This document shows, one piece after another, positions 28,462-38,370 of a DNA stretch of 64,000 bases. A model generated the notes under the pieces. The model did not search any database. It had not been told where the DNA came from and saw only the letters and a program-made list of their open reading frames with translations. Location of the stretch: positions 1 through 64,000 of the forward strand of contig JBOEGD010000022.1 in NCBI GenBank assembly GCA_050633245.1. The letters run 5' to 3'. Source of the stretch: Calditrichia bacterium. Lineage in GTDB: Bacteria; Calditrichota; Calditrichia; RBG-13-44-9; J075. The position numbers and the translations under genes are program-made. The first letter of the stretch is position 1, and each line of letters starts with the position of its first letter.

Positions 28462-30153
28462 TTATCTCAATAAAATCATCTTTTTGATTTTCGTTTGATC
28501 ACCGGCTCTCAGGCGGTAGAAATAAACTCCGCTTTGCAGTGCGTCGGCATTCCAAATGATCTGATGTTTCCCGGGGTTCAGGGAGTCTGTAAACAGCTGA
28601 CCTACCACCTGTCCCCGAACGTTGAGAATATCTAGTTTTACAGATAATGGCGCAGACAGGTTAAAGCTGATTTTAGTAGAAGGGTTAAATGGGTTTGGAA
28701 AATTTTGAAATAGTTCTATCTGCTGCGGTACGATATTTTCTGTGGATTGAGAACCGACAATACCGGTGTCCGTAAACTTTGCAAAAAACGCATCCGAATT
28801 ATTCGGGCTGGAAAGTGAAAAAGGGCCCAGCTGAATGTTTTCACTAAAATAACCTGCGACATATCCTTCATCGTTTTGGTCAATAACAATAGAAAATCCC
28901 TGATCAAATTCTTCAGCTCCAAAACTTAATGCCCATTCCACCGTCCCATCTGTTGAATATTTTGCGATAAAAGCATCCAGTTGGCCGTTGGATAATAATG
29001 TAGTACCTGAAAAATCAATACTGCCCTCGAAGCTGCCCGCTACGTAATATTCCCCTTGCGTGTTTACCGCAATACTATTTCCGAAGTTTCTAATGGCTCC
29101 GCTGCCATGGCTTATCCATATTAACTCCCCATCAGAAGAATATTTGACCAGAAAAACTCCCGCAGGAGCAAATATTGTAGTGTCAGAAACGGTAAGTGAT
29201 TCTCTAAAATATCCTGTGGCAAGAATATTGTTTTGATCGTCTACGTATACATCTATGCCCAGATTAACACCACCTGAGTTTCCTGTTTCTACCCAAATAA
29301 AATTGCCAGACGAGCTGTATTTTGCGGTGAATACTTCATGTTCGATAGAGCCGGTTACAACAGAATCACCGAACATCGCCGTTGAACGATAATAGCCTGA
29401 TATGATAACATTGTTCATTTTATCAGTGGTTAAGCCGAGTCCAACATCTTGCGAGGCTCCTCCGGCGCGTTCTGCCCAGATTATCTGTCCGCTTGAATCG
29501 AGTTTCGCGATAAAAATATCTTCTGCTCCAGACGATGTTAGCGATGTATCACCGAAGGTCGCAGTTCCCGAAAACATGCCGCAAAGTAAGATATTGCAGC
29601 CATCATCGATTGCGATATGCCTTGCGATTTCGGTCTTGAAGCTACCCAATTGCTTAACCCAGGATAATGAACCGTCCGGTCTGTATTTTGCAACGAATAC
29701 GTCATTGCTTCCACTGCTGGTTAACATCGTATCCTGAAAAGTAATACTACTGGTAAACTCTCCAGCAATTACGATATTTTCTGATGAATCAACTGCAACG
29801 CTGTTTGCAATATTGCTACCCGTGCCACCTCCTTGCCTGACCCACAGGAGCTGTCCCAGATTATTATACTTTGTAAGGAAGACATCATCGAAGCCTAAAG
29901 ATGTTAGGGATGTGTCTCCAAAATCGCACGTTCCTCTGAAACTTCCGGTGACGATACGATTCCCTTCACCATCATTAGCAGCTTCAGTTGCTCTGTCGAA
30001 GCTACTTCCGCCTATCTGTGTAGCCCAGTTCCAGTCGAGTGGTTGCGCTAATGCTGCGGTATTGCTAGCAAGTAGCATCATACCGCTCAATATATAACCC
30101 AATAGATTTTTCAATTGATCCGTCTCTTTCTTGAGTAAGAAAATGAGTGACAA
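28462..30153 (-). CDS. Secreted SBBP-like beta-propeller protein with a C-terminal sorting domain
   Basis: Repeated D..GN....G.F....FG...L.S.G..D.F.AKY...G...W units; QNFPNPFNPST. Start uncertain. Confidence 0.82.
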   Translation of the reverse strand: MSLIFLLKKETDQLKNLLGYILSGMMLLASNTAALAQPLDWNWATQIGGSSFDRATEAANDGEGNRIVTGSFRGTCDFGDTSLTSLGFDDVFLTKYNNLGQLLWVRQGGGTGSNIANSVAVDSSENIVIAGEFTSSITFQDTMLTSSGSNDVFVAKYRPDGSLSWVKQLGSFKTEIARHIAIDDGCNILLCGMFSGTATFGDTSLTSSGAEDIFIAKLDSSGQIIWAERAGGASQDVGLGLTTDKMNNVIISGYYRSTAMFGDSVVTGSIEHEVFTAKYSSSGNFIWVETGNSGGVNLGIDVYVDDQNNILATGYFRESLTVSDTTIFAPAGVFLVKYSSDGELIWISHGSGAIRNFGNSIAVNTQGEYYVAGSFEGSIDFSGTTLLSNGQLDAFIAKYSTDGTVEWALSFGAEEFDQGFSIVIDQNDEGYVAGYFSENIQLGPFSLSSPNNSDAFFAKFTDTGIVGSQSTENIVPQQIELFQNFPNPFNPSTKISFNLSAPLSVKLDILNVRGQVVGQLFTDSLNPGKHQIIWNADALQSGVYFYRLRAGDQTKIKKMILLR

Positions 30154-30476
30154 TCTTGAAGGTATTTAATAAGACTTTAATCTTTTTCAGTTGAAGCGAT
30201 GTATAACGTAAGATTTATCAATACAACATTCGCAAGAGAGAAGATTTTTCGGAAAAATAAATGATCTTTTCATGCTTAACGGTGAAAATTCTATTTTCCA
30301 GCGAAAACTTTGAACCACGCTTCGGATTCTACTATTATGATCAATAGAGTTCATTCAGCTGAAATGAATGCTAGGACAAATCGAGAGTAAACAACGGACT
30401 AATCGTGGACTTTTCGGATTTCTCCAATAAAAAACGGGCTACGAAAAAGCTTCGTAACCCGTTGATTTTACTTTAG

Positions 30477-30588
30477 TGGCACCTCCCAGATTTCACTCGC
30501 CACGTCCTGTGCCTCGCCCTGCGGGGTATCGCTAACGCTCAATGGAAAACCGCAATCCTGCGGTTTTTTGAACTTGTGGACACACGGA
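30477..30588 (-). repeat. tRNA-Phe 3' partial copy with a 76-bp T-loop insert, right after the native tRNA terminator
   Basis: TCCGTGTGTCCACAAGTTC[30569-30494]AAATCTGGGAGGTGCCA. Confidence 0.88.
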
Positions 30589-30599
30589 AATAGGGAAAT

Positions 30600-30631
30600 A
30601 AAAAAAGGCTGCGAATCTTCGCAGCCTTTTT
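30600..30631 (-). terminator. Intrinsic terminator of tRNA-Phe
   Basis: AAAAAGGCTGCGAA-ga-TTCGCAGCCTTTTTTT. Confidence 0.85.
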
Positions 30632-30637
30632 GAGTAG

Positions 30638-30710
<73 letters not shown>

Positions 30711-30863
30711 GCCTTAAATAAGAAGCAAAATATAGCAGGTCTTCTTACTAAAAACAAGACGTTTTTTTCGCTTTCCGCAAATGTTTTTACTACATTGCAA
30801 AATATCCCGGCTTGATAAATTTCTATTGCTGCCGATTCTTCTAAGAAACGAAACCGAGCCTTA

Positions 30864-31556
30864 ATGATTCTCCTACTCTGCGATAATGAAAAACGCGCCA
30901 CTTCCCTGCAGAACGATTTAACACGCGAGGGGTTTGAGGTTGCAATATATAAAGACTTCGGGCCGGCTATGCTCGATTTGTCCCAGGGCGGCCCCTTTAA
31001 GCTGATCCTGCTGGACTTTGAGTTTAAAAAGCCGGAAGGTATAGATATTTGTACAAAACTAAAGAACAATTCGCTTACCAAGTTTATTCCGCTCATCTGC
31101 ATTCTTGGCAAGGAACGCCTGGTCGACCAGATCATGGCCTTCGAGGTCGGTGCAGACGACTTTATCCTGATGCCATACTCCACTCCGGAAATTCAATTAA
31201 AGATGCGCTCTATCCAGCGAATGATCGATTTACAGAACACGGTTCGCCAAAAAGATGCGCAGCTCGAAAATCTGAAAAATGTGCAGCGCATTATGGTGAC
31301 GCTGAACCACCATATTAACAATGCCCTTACACCGCTCTATTTTGCGGTGCAGATGGACGACGACCCTGATAATAATGAACGTCTGCGAGATATTGCAAAA
31401 GAAACGGTTGAGTTTATCAGCAAGGTGCTGCAGAGCCTACACAAGATCGTGCAAAGCGGCAAAATGCAGGTGATGAAAGATGGTGTGTACAAAGACATCA
31501 TGGTGGATATCGAGGCGGAGCTGAAGAAGTTGGTGGATAAAGAAGAGAGTGGGTAG
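30864..31556 (+). CDS. Receiver-domain protein with a HisKA-like C-terminal segment (no ATPase domain)
   Basis: LILLD, GIDIC, GADDF; TLNHHINNALT H-box. Confidence 0.8.
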   Translation: MILLLCDNEKRATSLQNDLTREGFEVAIYKDFGPAMLDLSQGGPFKLILLDFEFKKPEGIDICTKLKNNSLTKFIPLICILGKERLVDQIMAFEVGADDFILMPYSTPEIQLKMRSIQRMIDLQNTVRQKDAQLENLKNVQRIMVTLNHHINNALTPLYFAVQMDDDPDNNERLRDIAKETVEFISKVLQSLHKIVQSGKMQVMKDGVYKDIMVDIEAELKKLVDKEESG

Positions 31557-31780
31557 ATCGCCCCGACGTCTCGGGGCTGGTAGGTCGTCCCTTCGGGACT
31601 GGTAGTGGGTAGGTCGTTCGCTGTGCTCACTTGTAGGTCGCTCACTGCGTTCGCTTGTAGGGGGTAGACCGCAGTTTCGCTGCTGGTAGGTCGCTTTGGC
31701 CTTTGGCCTGCGCTGGTAGGTCGTCCCTTCGGGACTGGTAGTGGGTAGGTCGTTTGCTGCGCTCACTGCTGGTAAGTAGA
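31552..31780 (+). repeat. Tandem GTAG-hairpin (REP-like) array, 8 units
   Basis: Units of GTAGGTC + short hairpin + TG/TT; GTAGGTCGTCCCTTCGGGACTGGTAGTGG occurs twice. Confidence 0.8.
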
Positions 31781-31861
31781 TGATAGAAAATTATTTTCAA
31801 AATAAAGTCTAAAAGACAGAATATATAGTGTCTTCTAAAGTGAACCTGAGGTGCTATATAT

Positions 31862-32221
31862 ATGCAAGCTACAAGCTTCGAAAAACTACGTGTTTATACT
31901 TCCGCAAAAGATATCTCCTCAAAAACCTGGTTTGCAGTAAATCAATCCAATATATCCCAGAACTATTATCTGATTAACCAGCTCTTACGCGCGATAGACA
32001 GCGTTGGGGCAAACATTGCTGAAGGCTGCGGCAGAGGAAGCATGGCAGACAGGCGTCGAATGACAATTATTGCTCGCGGATCTATTTATGAGACGAAGCA
32101 TTGGGTTAGACTTGCGCTTGAAAGGGCTTTCCTAAAAGAAAAAGCTGCGAGAGAGATTTTAATTGAAATTGAAAATCTCATCCCGCAGCTTAATGCGTAT
32201 ATAAACTTCTTAAGTAAGTAG
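31862..32221 (+). CDS. Four helix bundle protein (23S rRNA IVP / bAvd-like)
   Basis: SFEKLRVY, NQLLRAIDSVGANIAEGCGR, IARGSIYETKHW. Confidence 0.92.
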   Translation: MQATSFEKLRVYTSAKDISSKTWFAVNQSNISQNYYLINQLLRAIDSVGANIAEGCGRGSMADRRRMTIIARGSIYETKHWVRLALERAFLKEKAAREILIEIENLIPQLNAYINFLSK

Positions 32222-32230
32222 GTTTTTCTT

Positions 32231-32300
32231 ATTCTACCTCCTACAGCTCGCCGAAGGCGGGCGTCCCACCTCCAACCAGCTCCGAAGGAGCGACCTACCG
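32231..32300 (-). repeat. GTAG-hairpin array, inverted relative to 31552-31780
   Basis: Minus strand: GTAGGTC GCTCC TTC GGAGC TG ... GTGGGAC GCCCGCC TTC GGCGAGC T GTAGGAG GTAGAAT. Confidence 0.75.
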
Positions 32301-35012
32301 CTATGCTTTTAGCGGATTCGGCTTCTCCGGATCAATTCCCAGTTCTTTAACAGCTTTGTTGACAACCGTTTTAGGAATATCACCACGCTTGGCCAGCTGA
32401 GTAAGCACCGCAAGAACGATACACTCGGCATCCACTTCAAAGAAACGACGCAGGGCTTCGCGTGTTTCACTTCGACCAAAACCATCTGTTCCCAGTGCAT
32501 ACAAACCACCCGGCACAAACTTATCCAGTTGATTTGGTAAGGATTTTATGTAATCCGATACCGCGATAAACGGACCGTCTTCTTTGGAAAGAAGTTCGGT
32601 GATATAGGGAACCTTTGCCTTTTTGCTCGGATTAAGGAAATTCCAGCGCTCTGCGGCAATCGCATCGCGATAGAGTTCGTTGTAGCTGGTTGCACTCCAC
32701 ACGTCGGCAGCAACATCATATTTCTCTTCCAGAATTTTCTGTGCACGCAATGCATCCGGCATCAGGGCGCCGCTTCCGAAGATATGTGCCTTTATGCGAG
32801 CTTTGCGCTGGCCCTTAGCTTTGGCAGGTTTCTCAGAGAACTTATAAAGTCCTTTCAAAATGCCCTCTTCAATGCTCTTTTTCATGGCCGGCATGGCGTA
32901 ATTCTGATTGTGAACCGTTAGATAGTAGAATACATCTTCACGCTTGTTATACATGCGATCCAAACCTTCATGCACAATCGTTGCCACTTCATAGGCAAAT
33001 GCAGGATCATAGGACAAGCAGTTCGGAACCGTGCTGGCCAATACATGACTATGACCATCTTCGTGCTGCAGACCTTCACCGTTTAGCGTGGTGCGTCCAG
33101 CCGTACCGCCGACCATAAAGCCACGTCCGCGCTGATCGCCAAATGCCCAAATCGCATCGCCGACGCGCTGGAAGCCAAACATCGAGTAGAAGATAAAGCA
33201 TGGAATCATGTCCACGCCGTAGTTGGCGTAAGCCGTTCCGGCAGCGGTAAAGGAAGCCATCGATCCGGCTTCGGTAATCCCTTCTTCCAGAATTTGTCCG
33301 TTTTTCGCTTCGCGGTAGTAGAGGAAGCTGTCTGCATCGACCGGCTCATAAAGCTGACCGCTATGTGCGTAAATTCCAATTTGACGGAAAAGGAAGTCCA
33401 TACCAAAGGTACGCGCTTCGTCCGGAACGATCGGCACTACGCGCTGACCAATTTTCGGATGCTTCACCATCATCGTTAGCATGCGCACGAAGGCCATGGT
33501 GGTAGATACTTCGCGGGTGCTGCCTTCCAGCAGCTCGCTGAAGTAGCTGATTTCCGGCGTCTCCTGTGGCTCTGTAAGCACCTTGCGCTGAGGAAGGAAT
33601 CCGCCCAGCTTACTACGCATATCTTTGATGTACTGAATTTCCGGACTCTTGTCGCCAGGATGATAGAACGGATAGTCTTTCAGTTTCTCATCGGTTACCG
33701 GGATCTCGAAGCGATCGCGGAAGGTGCGCATTTCTTCGAGACTCAGTTTCTTCTGCTGGTGCGTGGCGTTGCGACCTTCGCCGGCGGTTCCCAATCCGTA
33801 TCCCTTAATGGTGCGAGCGAGGATAACGGTTGGCTTGTCTACTGTGTCTTGCGCGTTCTTATAAGCAGCGTAGAGTTTACCGGAATCGTGTCCGCCAAGG
33901 CGCAGTTTCCATAACTGCTTATCGGATAGGTGCTCAACCAGTTCGCCCAGCTCAGGATATTTGTTCCAGAAGTGTTTACGCACGTAGGAACCATCTTCCA
34001 CGATGTATTTCTGAGAGTTTCCGTCAACGATTTCGTCGAGGCGCTTAATGAGATGGCCTTGCGTATCTGCCTGAAAGATCGGATCCCAATCTTCACCCCA
34101 GATTACCTTTAGCACGTTCCACTGAGCACCGCGGAAAACGGTTTCCAGTTCCTGAATGATTTTGCCGTTTCCACGAACCGGGCCGTCCAGGCGCTGTAGG
34201 TTACAGTTAATAACAAAAACCAAATTGCCGAGATTCTCGCGGCTGGCCAATGTAATGGCACCGAGGGATTCCGGCTCGTCGGTTTCACCGTCACCGAGGA
34301 AGGCATAGATTTTTTGCTGGCTGGTATCTTTTAGTCCACGATCGTGTAGATACTGCGCGAAGCGAGCCTGATAAATGGCAGAAATTGGTCCGAGTCCCAT
34401 CGAGACTGTTGGGAATTCCCAGAAGTCCGGCATTAGCCACGGATGCGGATAAGAGGAAAGGCCGCCGCCTTTTTCCAGCTCGCGACGAAAGGCGATCATC
34501 TTGTCTTCTTTGAGACGTCCTTCCAGATAAGCGCGTGCATAAATCCCGGGAGAAGCGTGTCCCTGAATATAAACCAGGTCGCCATCAAAGCCATCGCCCT
34601 TGCCGCGGAAGAAATGATTGAAGCCTACTTCATAAAGCATTGCAGCGGAAGCATAGGAAGAAATGTGACCGCCGATGCCTGGAAAATTTACGTTTGCGCG
34701 CACAACCATTGCAGTGGCGTTCCAGCGCAGTAAACGGCTAATACGTTTTTCAATTTCTTTGTCACCCGGATACTCGGGTTCATCTTCGACAGGAATGGTA
34801 TTGATATACGGCGTATTAGGGAAAAACGGGAGTTCATGCCCTCGGGAGTATAGACGCTGTAGCAGTTGCGTCATTAAATAACGCGCCCGGTCTTCGCCAC
34901 GATGGCGAATAACACCTTCAAGTGCTTCCAGCCATTCTGAGGTTTCCTCCGCGTCCATATCGCCATTCGCGCGAAGCATTTGAGTAAATTGTTCCAGGAC
35001 CTGATCTGCCAT
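32301..35012 (-). CDS. aceE: Pyruvate dehydrogenase E1, homodimeric type
   Basis: GGHISSYAS, YIQGHASPG, PTVSMGLG, GDGETDE ThDP motif, NCNLQRLDGP, GEGLQH; ATG 35012 with GGAGG SD. Confidence 0.97.
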   Translation of the reverse strand: MADQVLEQFTQMLRANGDMDAEETSEWLEALEGVIRHRGEDRARYLMTQLLQRLYSRGHELPFFPNTPYINTIPVEDEPEYPGDKEIEKRISRLLRWNATAMVVRANVNFPGIGGHISSYASAAMLYEVGFNHFFRGKGDGFDGDLVYIQGHASPGIYARAYLEGRLKEDKMIAFRRELEKGGGLSSYPHPWLMPDFWEFPTVSMGLGPISAIYQARFAQYLHDRGLKDTSQQKIYAFLGDGETDEPESLGAITLASRENLGNLVFVINCNLQRLDGPVRGNGKIIQELETVFRGAQWNVLKVIWGEDWDPIFQADTQGHLIKRLDEIVDGNSQKYIVEDGSYVRKHFWNKYPELGELVEHLSDKQLWKLRLGGHDSGKLYAAYKNAQDTVDKPTVILARTIKGYGLGTAGEGRNATHQQKKLSLEEMRTFRDRFEIPVTDEKLKDYPFYHPGDKSPEIQYIKDMRSKLGGFLPQRKVLTEPQETPEISYFSELLEGSTREVSTTMAFVRMLTMMVKHPKIGQRVVPIVPDEARTFGMDFLFRQIGIYAHSGQLYEPVDADSFLYYREAKNGQILEEGITEAGSMASFTAAGTAYANYGVDMIPCFIFYSMFGFQRVGDAIWAFGDQRGRGFMVGGTAGRTTLNGEGLQHEDGHSHVLASTVPNCLSYDPAFAYEVATIVHEGLDRMYNKREDVFYYLTVHNQNYAMPAMKKSIEEGILKGLYKFSEKPAKAKGQRKARIKAHIFGSGALMPDALRAQKILEEKYDVAADVWSATSYNELYRDAIAAERWNFLNPSKKAKVPYITELLSKEDGPFIAVSDYIKSLPNQLDKFVPGGLYALGTDGFGRSETREALRRFFEVDAECIVLAVLTQLAKRGDIPKTVVNKAVKELGIDPEKPNPLKA

Positions 35013-35220
35013 TCTATTCCTCCGTAAGGCTGTCAAAAAAATGTGTCATACAAATAGAGTTCAATATAACTGATCGACCAGCATTTTACAAGTGGATACA
35101 GATGAATGACAATTGATAATTGTCCATTTACCATTGTTGCAATGTGCTGCGGACTTTTTTCGTGGTTACTAACGAGTGGAATGAAGAGAGTGCTTTAAAG
35201 AAATGGTCAACGATCTGTTT

Positions 35221-35311
35221 TGTCACGCCAAGCGGAGTCGAGGCGCTAAGCAATCGGTTTAAACTGTAGTGATTCGCGAAAATGTGCGCCTCGATTTCAC
35301 TCGGCACGACA
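35221..35311. repeat. REPIN-like inverted pair
   Basis: TGTCACGCCAAGCGGAGTCGAGGCGC ... GCGCCTCGATTTCACTCGGCACGACA imperfect inverted repeat. Confidence 0.65.
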
Positions 35312-35383
35312 TTTTCGCTTGAATCTTAGCCAAAGCCTCCAACTCGTAATTTGCATTAATGGTCAATTGTCATTGTATAATTG

Positions 35384-36685
35384 TCAATTGCCAGCGCAGC
35401 CCGAATGAACGACCTTCCCCGCAATCAACACAGTGCATACATGTGTAACATATTCGAAAGGATCGCCGTCGTAGCAGACGATATCGGCTTCTTTGCCTTT
35501 TTCCAGTGAGCCGACCGTTTTATCGATACCAAGAATACGTGCTGGCTCAATAGTGATAGCGGCTAGAGCATCTTCGCGGGAGAGTCCATTCGCAGCAGCA
35601 ATGGCCGCTTCATAGAGAACCAGACGTGTTTTCGGTACATAGCTTTCATAGCCAGCCTGAAAGGCAAACGGAATACCGGCGGCCTTTAGCTTGGCAGCAG
35701 TTTCATACGATGCATTTTTGGTATCGCCCCAGTTGCGCGTCATCGTCGGGTGAATTAAGACCGGAACGCCGGCTGCCTTAATTTCATCGAGAACGAGATA
35801 GGCTTCGGCGGCGCCGTCAAGAATCAGCTTAAAGCCAAACTCCTTCGCAAGGCGTAGGGCGGTCATAATTTCGGTACTACGATGTGCTGTAATCAGCGCA
35901 GGCATCTTTCCATCGAGAACTTTTACCAGCGTTTCCATTGCCAGGCTGCGAGCAGGTTTCTTATCACCTTTTTTCGCCAGCTTCTTTTTGTATTCCATGG
36001 CTTTTAACAGCTCGGTGCGCAGCATGGCCACGCCTTTGGCGCGCGTTCCCGGCTTTTTATAGTTACGAGTGATGGTAGATCCGAGTGTCATCGTTGCCAT
36101 TACAGTAGAATCCAGCAGTGCATCGTCCAGGGTATTACCGACGGTTTTTACCAAAACGGACTGCCCGCTGACGAGTGCTCCGGGAGCGTGACCGGTATGC
36201 AGGGTCGTTACGCCGTGCTGACGAATAAACTCGACCAGCTTTTCGCGTGCATTATAGGCATCCATCGCCCGAAGCTCGGGCTGAATCGCGCTTGCCTTGT
36301 CGAGCTGATCCTGATCGTGCTTCTGATTGTAGTATCCAGCCAGTCCAACCACGGAGTGTGCATCGATGAGTCCGGGTGTAACTACCTCAGCCTCGATAAC
36401 TTTATATCCGGAAGGAATTTCTACTGAAGAAGCGGATCCAACATTTTCTATTTTGCCGTTCTTTACCAGCACGACACCATTGCTGATTGGTGCTCCGGCC
36501 ATGGTGTAAACCGTTTTGCCTTTAATGGCGGTTTGGGCGGATGCTACAGATATCACAGAAGTGAGCAGTAGGATAAGGGCAATAATTACGAACGGTGTTC
36601 TTCTAAGCGCCTCGCCTCCTCCCGGCGTGACATCTAGCGGTAGCATGCTACGAAAAATATTCTGTTTCTCTTTTATCCGGCTCAA
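35384..36685 (-). CDS. Amidohydrolase-family protein with degenerate metal ligands
   Basis: TPGLIDAHS, GSLEKGKEAD; the second His of HxH and the later His/Asp ligands are replaced. Confidence 0.88.
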   Translation of the reverse strand: MSRIKEKQNIFRSMLPLDVTPGGGEALRRTPFVIIALILLLTSVISVASAQTAIKGKTVYTMAGAPISNGVVLVKNGKIENVGSASSVEIPSGYKVIEAEVVTPGLIDAHSVVGLAGYYNQKHDQDQLDKASAIQPELRAMDAYNAREKLVEFIRQHGVTTLHTGHAPGALVSGQSVLVKTVGNTLDDALLDSTVMATMTLGSTITRNYKKPGTRAKGVAMLRTELLKAMEYKKKLAKKGDKKPARSLAMETLVKVLDGKMPALITAHRSTEIMTALRLAKEFGFKLILDGAAEAYLVLDEIKAAGVPVLIHPTMTRNWGDTKNASYETAAKLKAAGIPFAFQAGYESYVPKTRLVLYEAAIAAANGLSREDALAAITIEPARILGIDKTVGSLEKGKEADIVCYDGDPFEYVTHVCTVLIAGKVVHSGCAGN

Positions 36686-37986
36686 TGTGCACCTCCGTGA
36701 TCATGCGCGTGAAACTCTCCGCGGAATACTTCATAGCCGCCGGTTGAATAGGGTCGTTGTTCCGGATTGCTGCGATCGTACATTAAATCACCTTCAACCC
36801 AGGTTTGCTCAATTTTAGTATAAACGCTCAGTGGGTCGCCGGAGAGGATGATAAAATCCGCATCTTTGCCCTTTTCGAGTGAACCGAGGCGATCCTGCAA
36901 GTCCAGCATACGGGCGCCGGCCAAGGTAACAGACTCAAGTGCTTTAGCGCGGGACATGCCGTGTTTTACACCGAATGCAGCCGAGCGTAGAAAGAGGCGC
37001 GAATCGGTTATGCTATCGTCAGTATGATATGCGACATCAACGCCAACGTCTTCGAGCGCTTTGCCGTTGATATTTAGCAGATTAATGGCTTCCAATTTTC
37101 CACCGGGTGAGTCAATGGCAATGATGGAGCAGGGAACGCCGGCAGCAGCAATCTCGTCGGCAACCATCCAGGCTTCACTCACGTGATGAAGCACCACGCG
37201 AAAGCCGAACTCTTTCGACAAACGCAACACCGTTAAAATGTCATCATGACGATGGGTATGATGATGGACAATGCGCTTGCCGTCTAAAACTTCAAGCAGA
37301 CCTTCCATGCGCAGATCGCGTTTTGGTGCGTCTTTTTTCTTGTCCTTCTTGGCCTTGTTTTGCTTCTCGCGGTACTCTTGCGCTTTTATGAACAGCTCTC
37401 TAACCAACGCAGCAGACTTTGCGCGGGTGCCGGAAAAAGGTGCATTTGCACGAATAGAGTTTGTCCCGTTAGCCATCTTCATTCCGCCGCAGACACCGTT
37501 GAGTGGATCTTCGCAAAACATCAAATCTTCAATCTTGCGGCCCTTTCGCAGTTTTACGTAGAGGGTCTGTCCGCTCATCAAATAGCCGGAGCCGGCCATG
37601 ATATTTGCGGTTGTCACACCACCAGCGCGGGCCTTCATAAATGAGTCGTTGAAAATATTGATGCCGTCTAATACGCGCACATCCGGGTGCAGTGTTGCCG
37701 AGCGATCGCCACCACTGACCTCACCAATATGCGAATGCGTATCAACCAGACCGGGCATAATTTGTCGGCCGGTTACATCATGGATGACTGCATTTGAAGG
37801 AATGGAGACCTTCGTTGCATCACCAACGGCTTTAATGACGCCGTTTTGAACAATCAGCACGCCATTCTCTATCGGGGCTGATGCAATTGGAAAAATCTTT
37901 GCACCGCGAAAGGCATGCGGTTTTTCCTGTGCAAGCAGTGCCGAAACCAGCAGCATAATGCACAAAGGGACAAGAAACAGTTTCAT
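36682..37986 (-). CDS. Secreted amidohydrolase-family protein
   Basis: MPGLVDTHSH, KMANG, HTHR, LHH, HTDD, GSLEKGKDAD; signal peptide. Confidence 0.9.
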   Translation of the reverse strand: MKLFLVPLCIMLLVSALLAQEKPHAFRGAKIFPIASAPIENGVLIVQNGVIKAVGDATKVSIPSNAVIHDVTGRQIMPGLVDTHSHIGEVSGGDRSATLHPDVRVLDGINIFNDSFMKARAGGVTTANIMAGSGYLMSGQTLYVKLRKGRKIEDLMFCEDPLNGVCGGMKMANGTNSIRANAPFSGTRAKSAALVRELFIKAQEYREKQNKAKKDKKKDAPKRDLRMEGLLEVLDGKRIVHHHTHRHDDILTVLRLSKEFGFRVVLHHVSEAWMVADEIAAAGVPCSIIAIDSPGGKLEAINLLNINGKALEDVGVDVAYHTDDSITDSRLFLRSAAFGVKHGMSRAKALESVTLAGARMLDLQDRLGSLEKGKDADFIILSGDPLSVYTKIEQTWVEGDLMYDRSNPEQRPYSTGGYEVFRGEFHAHDHGGAH

Positions 37987-38106
37987 TGCGGATCCTCAAT
38001 TTGGGGTTGGAGAATTAGAATAATTGATTCACATGAAAGATGCAAGGACAACAGTGAACAGGCATTGGGAATCGGGGATCGAAGATCGAACAGACATAAG
38101 ATTAGA

Positions 38107-38210
38107 GACGGGAATTAACAGACGGGAATTAACAGACGGCAATTAACAGACGGCAAAGAACGGACGGCAATTAACAGACGGCAATTAACAGACGGCAATT
38201 AACAGACGGC
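38107..38210. repeat. 14-bp tandem repeat GACGGCAATTAACA, about 7.5 copies
   Basis: Directly visible; followed by AGAAACAGGC units. Confidence 0.9.
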
Positions 38211-38285
38211 AGAAAAAATGAGAAACAGGCAGAAACAGGCAGAAACAGTGAGAAGTCGCTCTATTCACAATTGTCTTTTTTCTCA

Positions 38286-38370
38286 TAAGCGAAGCGCCCA
38301 ACCGGTCCCGACTTGTCGGGACGTCCTACCTCCCCACCAGCGTAGGCCGCAGGCCGGAGCATTCTACCTG
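38286..38370 (-). repeat. GTAG-hairpin array right after the Kelch gene stop
   Basis: Minus strand: GTAGAAT GCTCCGGCC TGC GGCCTACGC TG ... GTAGGAC GTCCCGAC AA GTCGGGAC. Confidence 0.7.

Noticed and set aside
24808-30588. Additional functional or intron-containing tRNA genes
   Set aside because: All four copies lack the 5' acceptor strand and D-arm; only 30638-30710 is complete.
31337-31766. ORFs 31337-31645 and 31437-31766
   Set aside because: Products of the GTAG repeat array and antisense overlap with the receiver gene.
31552-31780. CRISPR array
   Set aside because: The constant part is only about 7-9 nt, the 'spacers' are self-complementary and partly repeated, and no cas genes are in the window.
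31862-32221. DGR accessory gene avd
   Set aside because: No adjacent reverse transcriptase or template repeat; the motifs fit the stand-alone four-helix-bundle family.
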